Shown: positions 47,461 to 57,097 of the stretch, piece after piece
Position numbering within the stretch: position 1 is the first letter of the stretch
How the letters are laid out: each line of letters starts with the position of its first letter
Source: an uncultured virus (IMG/VR IMGVR_UViG_3300020213_000017)
Taxonomy: Duplodnaviria > Heunggongvirae > Uroviricota > Caudoviricetes
Direction: 5' to 3' (one strand)
IMG/VR virus record: IMGVR_UViG_3300020213_000017
DNA: 64,000 nt
The notes under the pieces: generated by a model
Databases searched by the model: none
Told to the model about the DNA's origin: nothing
The model's input: only the letters and a program-made list of their open reading frames with translations
Translations under genes and position numbers: made by a program

Positions 47461-48966
47461 ATGCATCTTAAAATTACCATGCCTTCAAAGGCATTCATTG
47501 AATCTATTACCGACGCAGAACTAGAAAAGCTGACCGAAGTTCTCAGCTATACAAACACTGCTGCTCAACACATGGTGAAGCGTCACTACAACATGAAATG
47601 GTTAAAAGAAAAGAATCGTGCTGCATGGGCGTTTAAGCTTGAAGAGCTTAAAAAAGCCGTTCACCACACTCTTATTTGGGAAGAAGATGGTAAAAAATAC
47701 ATTCGACCAGGATCTATCCCTTACTTAAGGGCTGATTTTAATATCACAGTTGAAAATACCATCGTATATCCAACACCTAAGGCGGTTGGCTGGAAGGTAA
47801 AATTTCCATATGATCGTATGGAACACCAACTTGTGACCGAAAACGAGATGATAGCAGATCCACACTCAAGCTGTGAACTCTGTACGTCAGCAGGTAAGTC
47901 TGCGATTCTATTACATGTTTGCCGCAACACAGGTTTCTCTACTGTAATTGTGGTGCCCAGCAAAAGCATTTTTCACGAACTCCTTGATTCGTTTGAGAAA
48001 TACCTTGGCAAGGCCCAAGTGGGTGGCTTTGGAGATGGCAAAAAGGTCATAGGTAAAAAGTTTACCATCGCAATTGGCGATTCTTTAGCAAATATAAAAC
48101 AGGGAACCGTTGAGTGGGAGTTTTTCAGCACTCGCCAGCAGATGTGTGTGGATGAGAGTCACACATGGGGCGCTGATTCTTTAAACGATATCTGCCATGG
48201 TGTCCTAGGAGATGTACCTTGTCGTCACTTCTTTTCCGGCACTCAGACGCGTAACGATGGGGCTGAAAAACTTCTTCAGTCAATTATTGGTCGCATTGTC
48301 TATGACCTGCCCACCTGGTTAGCAAAAGAACGCAAAATCGTAGCAGAGCACGTTTTTAACATAGTAGAACTCGAATCTTCTAATCCAAACTTCCATTCCA
48401 ATGATGCCCTAGAAATGAAAAGAGAGCATTTTTTAGGCAATCGAAACATCTGTGCTTTTGTGGCCAAAATGTCAAATGCCGTTGCGTTGGCGTATGGACA
48501 GCAAACCCTTGTTCTAGTTGAAGAATTAAAACAGATAAGCATGTTATCAAAGCTTTTAAAAGTTCCCTACGCAATTGCTCACTCAGAGTCCAAAAAAGAA
48601 CGTCTTCTGGAGTTAGGATTAGAAAAAGTTGATCCATCCGAAAGTGTAGAAAAGTTCAATAAAAACGAGGTCAAGGTTCTTATCGGAACGTCCTGTATCG
48701 CAACAGGAACTAATATTTATCCAGTACATCACTGCCACAACTGGGTAGGCGGCGCATCCGAGATCAAAACTGCTCAGGGAACCGTAGGACGCTCCGTAAG
48801 ACATGGTCACTCAAATCCTTGGGCCGATAAGTGTGCTCCAAAGCCACTCTCGACTATTTGGGGCTATGCCGTAATGGATGTCCCTATAATGATGGCCCAT
48901 CTAGATAAGCAACTGGAAGTATATTGTAATTCGCGATCTGTAATAAAAAGAATCAAAATCAAGTAG
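47461..48966 (+). CDS. SF2 DNA helicase (UvsW-like)
   Basis: TSAGKS, VVP, DESH, SGT, TGTNI, Q..VGRSVR. Confidence 0.85.
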   Translation: MHLKITMPSKAFIESITDAELEKLTEVLSYTNTAAQHMVKRHYNMKWLKEKNRAAWAFKLEELKKAVHHTLIWEEDGKKYIRPGSIPYLRADFNITVENTIVYPTPKAVGWKVKFPYDRMEHQLVTENEMIADPHSSCELCTSAGKSAILLHVCRNTGFSTVIVVPSKSIFHELLDSFEKYLGKAQVGGFGDGKKVIGKKFTIAIGDSLANIKQGTVEWEFFSTRQQMCVDESHTWGADSLNDICHGVLGDVPCRHFFSGTQTRNDGAEKLLQSIIGRIVYDLPTWLAKERKIVAEHVFNIVELESSNPNFHSNDALEMKREHFLGNRNICAFVAKMSNAVALAYGQQTLVLVEELKQISMLSKLLKVPYAIAHSESKKERLLELGLEKVDPSESVEKFNKNEVKVLIGTSCIATGTNIYPVHHCHNWVGGASEIKTAQGTVGRSVRHGHSNPWADKCAPKPLSTIWGYAVMDVPIMMAHLDKQLEVYCNSRSVIKRIKIK

Positions 48967-48996
48967 ATGTTCACCTGCTTGTGATATATACAGGGT

Positions 48997-50043
48997 ATGG
49001 CAAGCCCTAAAAAACAACACGAATTTGATCCAGCACTGTCTAGACTGGCTGCAGAAATCACCAAGGCCTTGGAAAAGAACAAGGATGGCACTGTTCAGCA
49101 AGAACAGGTAGAAGAGCTTATGGATGCTGAGATAAAGTTTAAAGAAACAATTCTCAAATATCGACAGTCTACTCAGGTTTACAAAAAATTTCTACAAAAA
49201 GTTTGCGTAACCAACAAAAACATCCTATCTGCCAGACCCTATTTCAGGGAAAGCGCCGTCATGTTCAGCAAAGAAATCACCCCAATAATCAAAGCCTGTA
49301 GCAAAGACGAGAGTAAGATAGAAGAACTAAAAGAGTTTGATATCAATTATCAACTTATAAAGTTTATTCGTAAAAGTTGGCTTGGCCCCTTCCCAAAACG
49401 TGCCGAACAGCTGTACAATAGAGTACACGTAGCTCGAAACAGGTTGATCGAGAACAATATGCCTTTGGCAATCAACAGGGCAAAATTGTTTTACAGGAAG
49501 ACTCCAAGGGGCCATTTAACTCTCATAGATTTTGTCAATATCTGTGCGATGGGACTGGCAGCAGGCGTCGATAAATATGTTGGTAAATACTCTCCAGTGT
49601 TCCGCTCGGTGTGCATTGGCAGGATGGTAGGAAACATGATCGATAGTTATTCAGAGACAATGCTCCATTTTTATCCTTCGGATAAGAGAGTTCTCTATAA
49701 GGCTCACACCATTCGTGGTCGCCAAGGCATCAATGATCCAGTCGAACTGGCTAGCGCCGTAAACAGAGCATTTCAGCAGGACAAGCTAGATGGCAAAACT
49801 ATCCCTAAAGAAAACGTGACGGTTTCTGAGCTATCCTCTCTTATGAGCGCCGCCTCTACTGTCAGCGCAGACGCCACAGTGAACGAAGAAGGTCAGGGGG
49901 TATATCAGTATACCGCAGATGAGACTCAGGATATAGAAAGCCAATACATTCAGCAGGAAGAAACATCTCGTATGTTGGCGGCTGCAAAAAATCTTTCTAT
50001 GATGCACAGGAAAGTTCTTAAATTGAAAGGCGTTAAGCTATGA
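48997..50043 (+). CDS. Phage sigma70-family RNA polymerase sigma factor
   Basis: ARNRLIENNMPLAINRAK...D.....MGL..GVDKY.....FRS resembles sigma region 2; C-terminal L....RKVL. Confidence 0.75.
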   Translation: MASPKKQHEFDPALSRLAAEITKALEKNKDGTVQQEQVEELMDAEIKFKETILKYRQSTQVYKKFLQKVCVTNKNILSARPYFRESAVMFSKEITPIIKACSKDESKIEELKEFDINYQLIKFIRKSWLGPFPKRAEQLYNRVHVARNRLIENNMPLAINRAKLFYRKTPRGHLTLIDFVNICAMGLAAGVDKYVGKYSPVFRSVCIGRMVGNMIDSYSETMLHFYPSDKRVLYKAHTIRGRQGINDPVELASAVNRAFQQDKLDGKTIPKENVTVSELSSLMSAASTVSADATVNEEGQGVYQYTADETQDIESQYIQQEETSRMLAAAKNLSMMHRKVLKLKGVKL

Positions 50044-50345
50044 AATCGTTCAACAAGTTGATCCTAGAACCCTACAAAGCAGAAGCTCTCAAGTCAGAGA
50101 TTAGGCACGGTATCGCAATGGTTGGCCAAAAGAATCGGGTAATTGGATTAAAACTTTTAGTCGATGCCGATGCTTCAATAAACAGTGTATCTGTTATTCT
50201 AAAAAAGGGTTCTACTGTTTACATTCGCGAAGAAGTGTTGCACAATAGTCCTTGGGCTAAGAACACCTTAAAGAGTTCTGCTGTAGAAGGTGACTTCATT
50301 ATCGTAGACGCCTCTCACATAGAATTCGTGGAAGATCAAAAATAA
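50040..50345 (+). CDS. Putative GroES/Gp31-like co-chaperonin
   Basis: 101 aa; MKSFNKLILEP, mobile-loop-like HGIAM, LKKGSTVY, DFIIVD..HIEFV. Confidence 0.5.
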   Translation: MKSFNKLILEPYKAEALKSEIRHGIAMVGQKNRVIGLKLLVDADASINSVSVILKKGSTVYIREEVLHNSPWAKNTLKSSAVEGDFIIVDASHIEFVEDQK

Positions 50346-50504
50346 ATGTATTTCACTGTCAAAAGATTTCAAGCAGGGCTGATTAGACCTGTAACGTTTA
50401 AAAATTTTAGTTTTGAAAACGATTGCCCTTGTGGATGTAAGATGTTGACAATAGGACCGTTTTTTATTACTTGGCTATCAGATCAGTGTAGGGAAATCAA
50501 ATGA
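50346..50504 (+). CDS. Small hypothetical protein (52 aa, not in ORF track)
   Basis: MYFTVK...CPCGC...; fills the gap, ATGA overlap with the sbcD-like gene. Confidence 0.5.
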   Translation: MYFTVKRFQAGLIRPVTFKNFSFENDCPCGCKMLTIGPFFITWLSDQCREIK

Positions 50505-51496
50505 AAATTTTGCGCCTAGGCGATCCGCATATTAAAACTTCAAATCGAGACGAAGCCGAAAAGCTCTTGCAATTCGTGGTCGATACTGCTATGAAATATA
50601 GCGTGAACCGCATAGAAATCCTAGGCGATCTTTTTCACACCCATGCGGTGGTACGCTTAGAGGTGCTTGATTTTTGGGATCATTGGCTGGACCATCTAGC
50701 AGACATTTGCGAAGTAGTAGTCCTGGTTGGCAATCACGACATGCCTGGAAACAACGAGGCGTCTTACCACTCCCTGGACGTATTTAAACGCATTCGTAAA
50801 AAGAACTTAAGAATCATCGATAGCGCAAGTGCTATCGATTTTATAGGATACGTACCCTATATCCATGACAATGATAAATTCGTAGAGGCTGCCAATCATC
50901 TTCAGACTTGTGGAGCCAAAATCCTCGTATCTCACACCACTTATTCTGGGTCTAGATTTGAGAGCGGCATGTACGCACCAGGCGGGGTTGATCCAGAGCT
51001 TTTGAATTATCCTCTGCTTATCAGCGGTCACATTCATAATCGTCAGCGTTACGTGACCAACAAGAGTCAGCAAGTGATCTATCCAGGCACAGCCAAATGG
51101 GATACTGCTTCAGATGCAAACGAGGAAAAAGGCCTATGGATCGTAGACCACGATGACACTACAGGTTTAATTTTGGCAGAAGAATATGTTGACACTTCTA
51201 AAGTGTGTTCTCCGATCCTAGAATATCAATGGAAAGAAGGGGACAACTCTCCGGTAATTCCAGAAGGTTCCAGGGCTTCCATAGAGCTTATTGGTTCATC
51301 CGAATGGGTCAATAAACAAAAAGCTTCCCTTAAGGGTAAAGCTAGTGTAAAATCTAAGATAACTGATAAATCTAGGCCTGCCAGTCGTAAGACCGGTAAA
51401 AGTCTGGAACAGTTCCTGATGGACCAATTTGAGCCCATTGCAGGGGTGGATAAACAGGCGATGGTCAACTTTTTGAAAGAACTGGCGATTATATGA
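50501..51496 (+). CDS. sbcD: SbcD/Mre11-like recombination nuclease
   Basis: GDPH, LGDLFH, VGNHD, VSH, SGHIH, YPG. Confidence 0.85.
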   Translation: MKILRLGDPHIKTSNRDEAEKLLQFVVDTAMKYSVNRIEILGDLFHTHAVVRLEVLDFWDHWLDHLADICEVVVLVGNHDMPGNNEASYHSLDVFKRIRKKNLRIIDSASAIDFIGYVPYIHDNDKFVEAANHLQTCGAKILVSHTTYSGSRFESGMYAPGGVDPELLNYPLLISGHIHNRQRYVTNKSQQVIYPGTAKWDTASDANEEKGLWIVDHDDTTGLILAEEYVDTSKVCSPILEYQWKEGDNSPVIPEGSRASIELIGSSEWVNKQKASLKGKASVKSKITDKSRPASRKTGKSLEQFLMDQFEPIAGVDKQAMVNFLKELAII

Positions 51497-51861
51497 ACGA
51501 TCAAAAGGACAGCATTGATAAAGTAAAAGAGATGTCTAGGCTCGCTGTTTTAAGCAATAAAATCAGTGATGTTCAGCTTTTAAATCTCAAGAACTATCCT
51601 TTTATAGCATTTGACGGTATTAAGGAGGCGAAACTCGAATACGATCTGTCTTACGAAAAAACCGATAAAGATGAGCCAGTTACTCACAATCCTCTTGTGT
51701 CTTACCGTCTAGTGCTAGACGAATCCAGAAATCAAGAAGCTCTAGGTTTGCGCCTTGAAGCAATAGAGAAATGGGTAAGAAATCTTTTTTGGAAAGATGT
51801 TCTTGTAAAAATCTACTTTAATGATAAGATAGTGTTTGAAAGTAAAAAAAATGAAAAATAA
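51493..51861 (+). CDS. Hypothetical protein
   Basis: 122-aa coupled ORF. Confidence 0.65.
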   Translation: MNDQKDSIDKVKEMSRLAVLSNKISDVQLLNLKNYPFIAFDGIKEAKLEYDLSYEKTDKDEPVTHNPLVSYRLVLDESRNQEALGLRLEAIEKWVRNLFWKDVLVKIYFNDKIVFESKKNEK

Positions 51862-51994
51862 AAATTTCAAAAATCGCAGCAAGCTAACTGATGCTGCGTC
51901 AAAATCTAAAACAATCGGAAACGTGTCAAAAGATCTTGTAAATCTAAGACGCGAACAAGACAAACAGAAATCAGGAAAACTGGTTTTAAAATAA
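51851..51994 (+). CDS. Small basic protein (47 aa, not in ORF track)
   Basis: MKNKNFKNRSKL...VLK*, fills the gap. Confidence 0.45.
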   Translation: MKNKNFKNRSKLTDAASKSKTIGNVSKDLVNLRREQDKQKSGKLVLK

Positions 51995-52011
51995 GGAAGA
52001 AAAGGAAGAAA

Positions 52012-52998
52012 ATGAAGAATCTAATTGGACTCGTATTGGTTTTTGCATTGCTAGGAAATGTTTCGTTTGCAGCGGAATCTTCTGGCAAGACATCTGCTCA
52101 GAGCTCAAGCGAGGCCAAAAGCTCCGCTTCTGTTTCTGCATCCCCAGGCGCTATTATTCTTACCAAGGACAATAGTATTACTATCAACAACGTATTTGAC
52201 TCTGAAGTTGTAGCCCAGCTAACCCTAGCCGCTAAAGCTATGGATGCCCGATTGCCTTCTGGTGACCCTCTGTACCTCGTAATCAACAGCCCAGGTGGCT
52301 CAATTGATGCTGGTCTTGAGCTTATCGAGAACCTTTCGAGCATGAACCGTCCCGTACACAGTATCAACGTGTTCTCCGCTTCCATGGGCTTTCAAACCGC
52401 TCAAGGTCTTGGTGATCGTCTTGTTCTAAAAAACGGTACCCTCATGAGTCATAAGGCCCGTGGTGGATTTTCTGGTGAATTCCCTGGTCAATTGGACAGT
52501 CGATATAATTACTACCTAAAACGCGTTACTCGCATGGACGAAGTTGCTGTAAGCCGTTCTGGTGGAAAACTAACCCTAAAATCGTACCGCGATTTGATCG
52601 AGAATGAATACTGGTGTGATGGTCAAGACTGTGTAGATCAAGGTCTTGCTGATAGGGTTGTTACTGCTTCTTGTGACAGATCCCTTGAAGGTACACGCAA
52701 TGAGCTTTTGGCTGAATTCTTCTATATGGGAAGGGCTGTTCAAATCGTTGCCGAGCAAGATAATTGTCCAGTTAACACCAACGCTTTGAGATACAAGGTT
52801 CTGGTTGATGGCGAAGCTCTCTTTAAAGATATCAATACCAAAGAAGAGAAGAAATCTGAAAAAGAAGGTTGGTTTGGTAATTACAACTCTGAACCAGTTA
52901 AGCCTAGATTGACTTCTGAACAATTGTTCGAGATCAATCAGAAGGTTAAAGAAAGCATCAGCAATAAGACCGAACGCAAGATTATCAAGGGATACTAA
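52012..52998 (+). CDS. ClpP-like serine protease with N-terminal signal peptide
   Basis: LYLVINSPGGS, SASMG (Ser), LMSH (His), GLADRV; leader MKNLIGLVLVFALLGNVSFA. Confidence 0.85.
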   Translation: MKNLIGLVLVFALLGNVSFAAESSGKTSAQSSSEAKSSASVSASPGAIILTKDNSITINNVFDSEVVAQLTLAAKAMDARLPSGDPLYLVINSPGGSIDAGLELIENLSSMNRPVHSINVFSASMGFQTAQGLGDRLVLKNGTLMSHKARGGFSGEFPGQLDSRYNYYLKRVTRMDEVAVSRSGGKLTLKSYRDLIENEYWCDGQDCVDQGLADRVVTASCDRSLEGTRNELLAEFFYMGRAVQIVAEQDNCPVNTNALRYKVLVDGEALFKDINTKEEKKSEKEGWFGNYNSEPVKPRLTSEQLFEINQKVKESISNKTERKIIKGY

Positions 52999-53003
52999 TC
53001 AAC

Positions 53004-53252
53004 ATGCCTATCTTTGCATACCAATGCTCAGAAGGACACGTTGACAAGAAATTTCATAGGCAGGTGTCACAAGCACCTGCCTGTATTGTTTGTAAGACCT
53101 GTAAAAAGGAAGCAAAAAAGATCTTGTCAGCACCTTCATCTGGGTCTAAGATAACAGTAGACAACGGCGTTCAGGCTAGGGCGGTAGAAATTGTTCCTAA
53201 CATCATAGAGCTGAATCATGAGAAATCAAACAAGGACTATCGAGAGGACTAG
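53004..53252 (+). CDS. FmdB-like zinc-ribbon protein
   Basis: MPIFAYQC..GH...CKTC....KILSAP. Confidence 0.75.
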   Translation: MPIFAYQCSEGHVDKKFHRQVSQAPACIVCKTCKKEAKKILSAPSSGSKITVDNGVQARAVEIVPNIIELNHEKSNKDYRED

Positions 53253-55307
53253 ATGTTTATTATAGATCGACTTGGCTGGGAAAACATAGGGCGCTTTGTT
53301 GAACCTCAAACGATTGAGCTTAGCTCCCTTGGTAATTTGGTTCAAATTGACGGTATCAACAAGAATACCGGAGGCGGATCTGGAGCGGCTAAATCTACTA
53401 TTTTTCACGCCTGGGACTACCTCCTTGGCTTCAATAAAATTCCTGCAGGCAAACTACAGTCCCGTTTGACAAAGAATGGCATTTCTGTTTGGGCGGAAGG
53501 TTCTTTAGACGGAAAGCCTATTAAAATCTCCAGAAGCAAGGCTAAGGGTCTTTCTATAGAAGGTGCCGGTCTAGACATGTCTGGGAACAGCAAACTGGCT
53601 GAAGAAAACCTGGACATCATTTTGGCAATGCCGCGTGAACTATTCCGCAAAATTTGTCATAAGCGCCAGAAAGAAGGCGGATTCTTTCTTAGTTTCACGC
53701 CTAAGGAAACCAATGAATTTCTTATGGATTGTCTTAATCTAAGCCATCTTAAATCTAAAGCTGAAATCATAGATAAGAAACTTAAAACCTTGCTTTTAGA
53801 AAAAGAAACTGCGGACAAGGCCTTGATTTCTAATACAGAAGGTCTAACCGCTACTCAGAGCGCCGTAAAAGGGGTAGGAACACCACCAGCCCAAGAGGTA
53901 CACCCAGACGTTGTGGAGAGGCTTAAGACCGCTTCAAACCTGTCTGAGATGGCGCTGACCACTCTTATGAGCGCTCAAAGACTTCAGACAGAAGAGCTCA
54001 ACAAGATAAGGCCGGATTTGAGCATTACAATGTACAGCAAGGCCGATTATGAGCAGTATAATGTACAATTGCAAGAAATCCGCGATGTGATTCAAAAAGC
54101 CGGAATGGTAGAAATTGAGCGCATGAACAGGGCTAAGCAGGAGCTAGCGGCTCTAAATCTTAAGAAATCTAGTCTACAGCACCAATGCGTTATCGGACTC
54201 TCTCTAAAAAAAGATGCTGTCAATATAGCTGCACAGATTAAAAAAATCAGAGACGCCATATGCCCTACTTGCGAACAGAGCTGGTTTACAGAAAACGCCA
54301 AGACTTCAGAGCTTAACCTGCTTGAGCAACTTAAACAAATTCGTCCTCAAATCGAAAATGGGCAAGTCGCCGAGACCGAACTTAACAATGAAGTAGAGCC
54401 TAAGATCAACGCTATTCTGCCAGACACTGTGGCGCGAACCGTAAATGTTAAGGCAGAAAAAGATCAAGAAGAAGTTCTTTTGGCTCACATTGCATCTGAG
54501 AAAGAGAAAGAGACGCGGCACAATTTTGCCGAAAATAGTCGGATTAAAACTGTATCTGACCAGTTTTCCCTTAAGCTACGCGAATTACAAGAAAACCAGT
54601 CTAAAGAACAACAGCTAGTACGCGGACAATCAGATCTAGACAAGTCTGTTTGGACCCAGGCTAATTTTAAGATGACCGGCTTCAATACTGCTAAACAGCG
54701 GTATGAACAGTCAGTAAAAGACCTAGAGGCGCAAGAGTCCAGATATGCTGATAAAGTATTCAGTCTTACGGCTCAGACCAGTGATTTGGCTCAAAAGATT
54801 CTGATGGTAGAAGAGGGTAGGCGAGCTCTTAAGATCTTTGTTTCCTGTTCTTTCGACGATGCCCTAGAGACAATCAGCAAAGAAGCTACCAGGATTATTC
54901 GCAATATACCAAACATGGCCAATGCGACAATTCAGCTGGAAGGAACTCGTGAAACAGGCAAAGGCGCTATTAAAGAAGAGGTTACTGCAGTAATCCATTC
55001 TGATGGCGAAGAAGATATCCCAATCGAAACTTTTTCAGGCGGCGAGCGCTCTGCTCTGGATTTGGCTATTGACCTAGCCGTCATTGACCTGATAGAATCA
55101 GTATCTGGGAAAGGAATTAACTTTTTTATCCTAGACGAACCATTCACTGGACTGGGTCCGGTGGAGATCGAAATGGCGCTAGAGGTTTTGAAGAATTCCA
55201 ATTCCAGTAAGAAACTTATAATCGTTGACCATAATCAAGAAGTTAAGGAAATGGTCAGCAACAGAATCGTAGTTATTCGCGATGGGGCTTTTAGCACCAT
55301 AGCCTGA
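53253..55307 (+). CDS. sbcC: SbcC/Rad50-like ABC ATPase
   Basis: GSGAAKST, coiled coil with CPTC zinc hook, FSGGE signature, ILDEP, VDH. Confidence 0.9.
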   Translation: MFIIDRLGWENIGRFVEPQTIELSSLGNLVQIDGINKNTGGGSGAAKSTIFHAWDYLLGFNKIPAGKLQSRLTKNGISVWAEGSLDGKPIKISRSKAKGLSIEGAGLDMSGNSKLAEENLDIILAMPRELFRKICHKRQKEGGFFLSFTPKETNEFLMDCLNLSHLKSKAEIIDKKLKTLLLEKETADKALISNTEGLTATQSAVKGVGTPPAQEVHPDVVERLKTASNLSEMALTTLMSAQRLQTEELNKIRPDLSITMYSKADYEQYNVQLQEIRDVIQKAGMVEIERMNRAKQELAALNLKKSSLQHQCVIGLSLKKDAVNIAAQIKKIRDAICPTCEQSWFTENAKTSELNLLEQLKQIRPQIENGQVAETELNNEVEPKINAILPDTVARTVNVKAEKDQEEVLLAHIASEKEKETRHNFAENSRIKTVSDQFSLKLRELQENQSKEQQLVRGQSDLDKSVWTQANFKMTGFNTAKQRYEQSVKDLEAQESRYADKVFSLTAQTSDLAQKILMVEEGRRALKIFVSCSFDDALETISKEATRIIRNIPNMANATIQLEGTRETGKGAIKEEVTAVIHSDGEEDIPIETFSGGERSALDLAIDLAVIDLIESVSGKGINFFILDEPFTGLGPVEIEMALEVLKNSNSSKKLIIVDHNQEVKEMVSNRIVVIRDGAFSTIA

Positions 55308-55317
55308 TGGGGGTAAA

Positions 55318-55656
55318 ATGTCAGATCTAAAAAATATAGAAAGTGATTTGCGAGAATACCTAACGAAGGAGTCAAATCTTCGTGGGGAAGACAAGTTCAG
55401 ATATTTGAAAGCAATATTTGATAAGCATTTTGCTATTAGTGAACTGGAACACTCGATTAATTACTACGACATTCAAACTATAATGAGTTTTGCCAAAGGT
55501 CAGTGGGTAAGACAGTCTCTTCCCTTGAACGTTTCTGGTAAAGAAATTTCATCAATGGATGTATCTTCTGTTGCAATGCTAGAATCTGTGTTAAACTATT
55601 TAACAGGCAACAAGCTTCTTCGGAAGCTGACAAAGGTGGAGTATACGAAAAAATGA
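55318..55656 (+). CDS. Hypothetical protein
   Basis: 112-aa ORF in operon. Confidence 0.65.
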   Translation: MSDLKNIESDLREYLTKESNLRGEDKFRYLKAIFDKHFAISELEHSINYYDIQTIMSFAKGQWVRQSLPLNVSGKEISSMDVSSVAMLESVLNYLTGNKLLRKLTKVEYTKK

Positions 55657-55976
55657 AAGCCATAGAGATCTTGCTTGAAATAGAAAGCCAGGCTACCGCC
55701 ATGGTAGAAAATCACAATGCAGATCCAAGCTATGTGGTGATTGGCAGAGAATATTACAGAGTATTAGCGCGCCATTTCCGCAAGGGAAAAGTTAAAGGCA
55801 CTGACACCAACAAGATCGCGTCTAGAGCTTCTAAGGGAATGCTAGGATTTGAAAACACTGTTTTAAAATTTGTAGTAGTTGGTCAAGATATCATTGCGGT
55901 GTCTTCAGCAAATACCGCAGAGCTATTCAGAAGCACTGATGGTAAGTATTCCGATCCAGAGATTTTCGGTGTATGA
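55653..55976 (+). CDS. Hypothetical protein
   Basis: ATGA-coupled ORF. Confidence 0.6.
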   Translation: MKAIEILLEIESQATAMVENHNADPSYVVIGREYYRVLARHFRKGKVKGTDTNKIASRASKGMLGFENTVLKFVVVGQDIIAVSSANTAELFRSTDGKYSDPEIFGV

Positions 55977-56176
55977 AAATTGAATATATGAAAGTTCCGG
56001 TTAGAAATAAAACCCTAACAATAGTCCATCGCCGTGATAAAGATAGTGGATGGCAAACGGAGATTGTCCTTGAAAATGCTGTTGAGCATAAATTCTGTTC
56101 GGATTGTATTGTCAAGGACAGGTTACAAAAAATTTATGGTAAGAATATAACAATAGAGGAGTTACTGTATGGATAG
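55973..56176 (+). CDS. Hypothetical protein
   Basis: ATGA-coupled ORF. Confidence 0.55.
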   Translation: MKIEYMKVPVRNKTLTIVHRRDKDSGWQTEIVLENAVEHKFCSDCIVKDRLQKIYGKNITIEELLYG

Positions 56177-56444
56177 TTTTAAAGCAAAGCGTGAAGTAGA
56201 GAAGAAGTACCCAACTTTCGTTGAAGAAGCGAATGGCATGAGCGTAACGGACATGAACGCTCGTTTGACCAAGCTCGTTAAAAATAACGACGAGATCCAG
56301 ACTGCAATGGACGACAACCAAAAGATCGATGAAGCTAAAGAGCTTTTGAAAGAGCTTAAAGGCCCTTATCTTGATGGTATCAAGGAAAACGAACTTAAAA
56401 TCAAGTATTTGATCGAGATGGTTAAGGAAAAAGGCGGCGCGTGA
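56169..56444 (+). CDS. Small coiled-coil protein
   Basis: GAGGAG RBS; helical 91 aa. Confidence 0.7.
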   Translation: MDSFKAKREVEKKYPTFVEEANGMSVTDMNARLTKLVKNNDEIQTAMDDNQKIDEAKELLKELKGPYLDGIKENELKIKYLIEMVKEKGGA

Positions 56445-57097
56445 CCCTCTCTGGAACTCAATCCCATCGACAAGAACGAGTCCTGTCTTTGGATATCAGT
56501 ACCAAGACCGGCTGGGCTCTCATTGTCAGTCAAGATGATACATACGATCTTGAGCGCTATGGTCAAGTTCCTAAGATTGAAAGACCCGATGGACCCTATC
56601 CTGCTTCATTTGTAGACTGGGCCTATATATGTTTTGGTAAAATTGAAGCTCTTATAGAAGAGCTACACCCAGATGTTTTGATTATTGAAGAAACAGCTGG
56701 TGGATCAAAAAGCGCACATTCACAAAAAATCCTTGAGTTTATACACTTCCTTGTGGCAAGATATGTAAAGGACACTAGTATTAAGAATGTGTACACCATG
56801 ACCGAGGTGTGGCGTAGAGAGACTGGGTGTAAGATGACCAGGAGCGAAAGGAAGCACAACGATGATGTTAAGAAATACAAAGAGAAAAAGGGCACTAACA
56901 TTGCCTATGATGAAAATGGCAAGCGCATAGGCAGGTTAAGCAGAAAGCATATCAATATACGAAGAGCTAACGAAGTCTTTGGTAGTTTTCTCTCAACCCC
57001 CTTAAGAAAAAAAGACGAAGATACGGCAGATGCGCTATTGATAGCATACAGCTACCATCTTCGCAAAACAGGAGCATTAGATGTCAAACAAATTTAA
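56441..57097 (+). CDS. RuvC-like Holliday junction resolvase
   Basis: VLSLDISTKTGWA, LIIEE, W.., DEDTADALLIA. Confidence 0.8.
   Translation: MTLSGTQSHRQERVLSLDISTKTGWALIVSQDDTYDLERYGQVPKIERPDGPYPASFVDWAYICFGKIEALIEELHPDVLIIEETAGGSKSAHSQKILEFIHFLVARYVKDTSIKNVYTMTEVWRRETGCKMTRSERKHNDDVKKYKEKKGTNIAYDENGKRIGRLSRKHINIRRANEVFGSFLSTPLRKKDEDTADALLIAYSYHLRKTGALDVKQI

Noticed and set aside
51841..51994. A-run as a second programmed frameshift
   Set aside because: The downstream frame has its own ATG at 51851 and no stimulatory structure is evident
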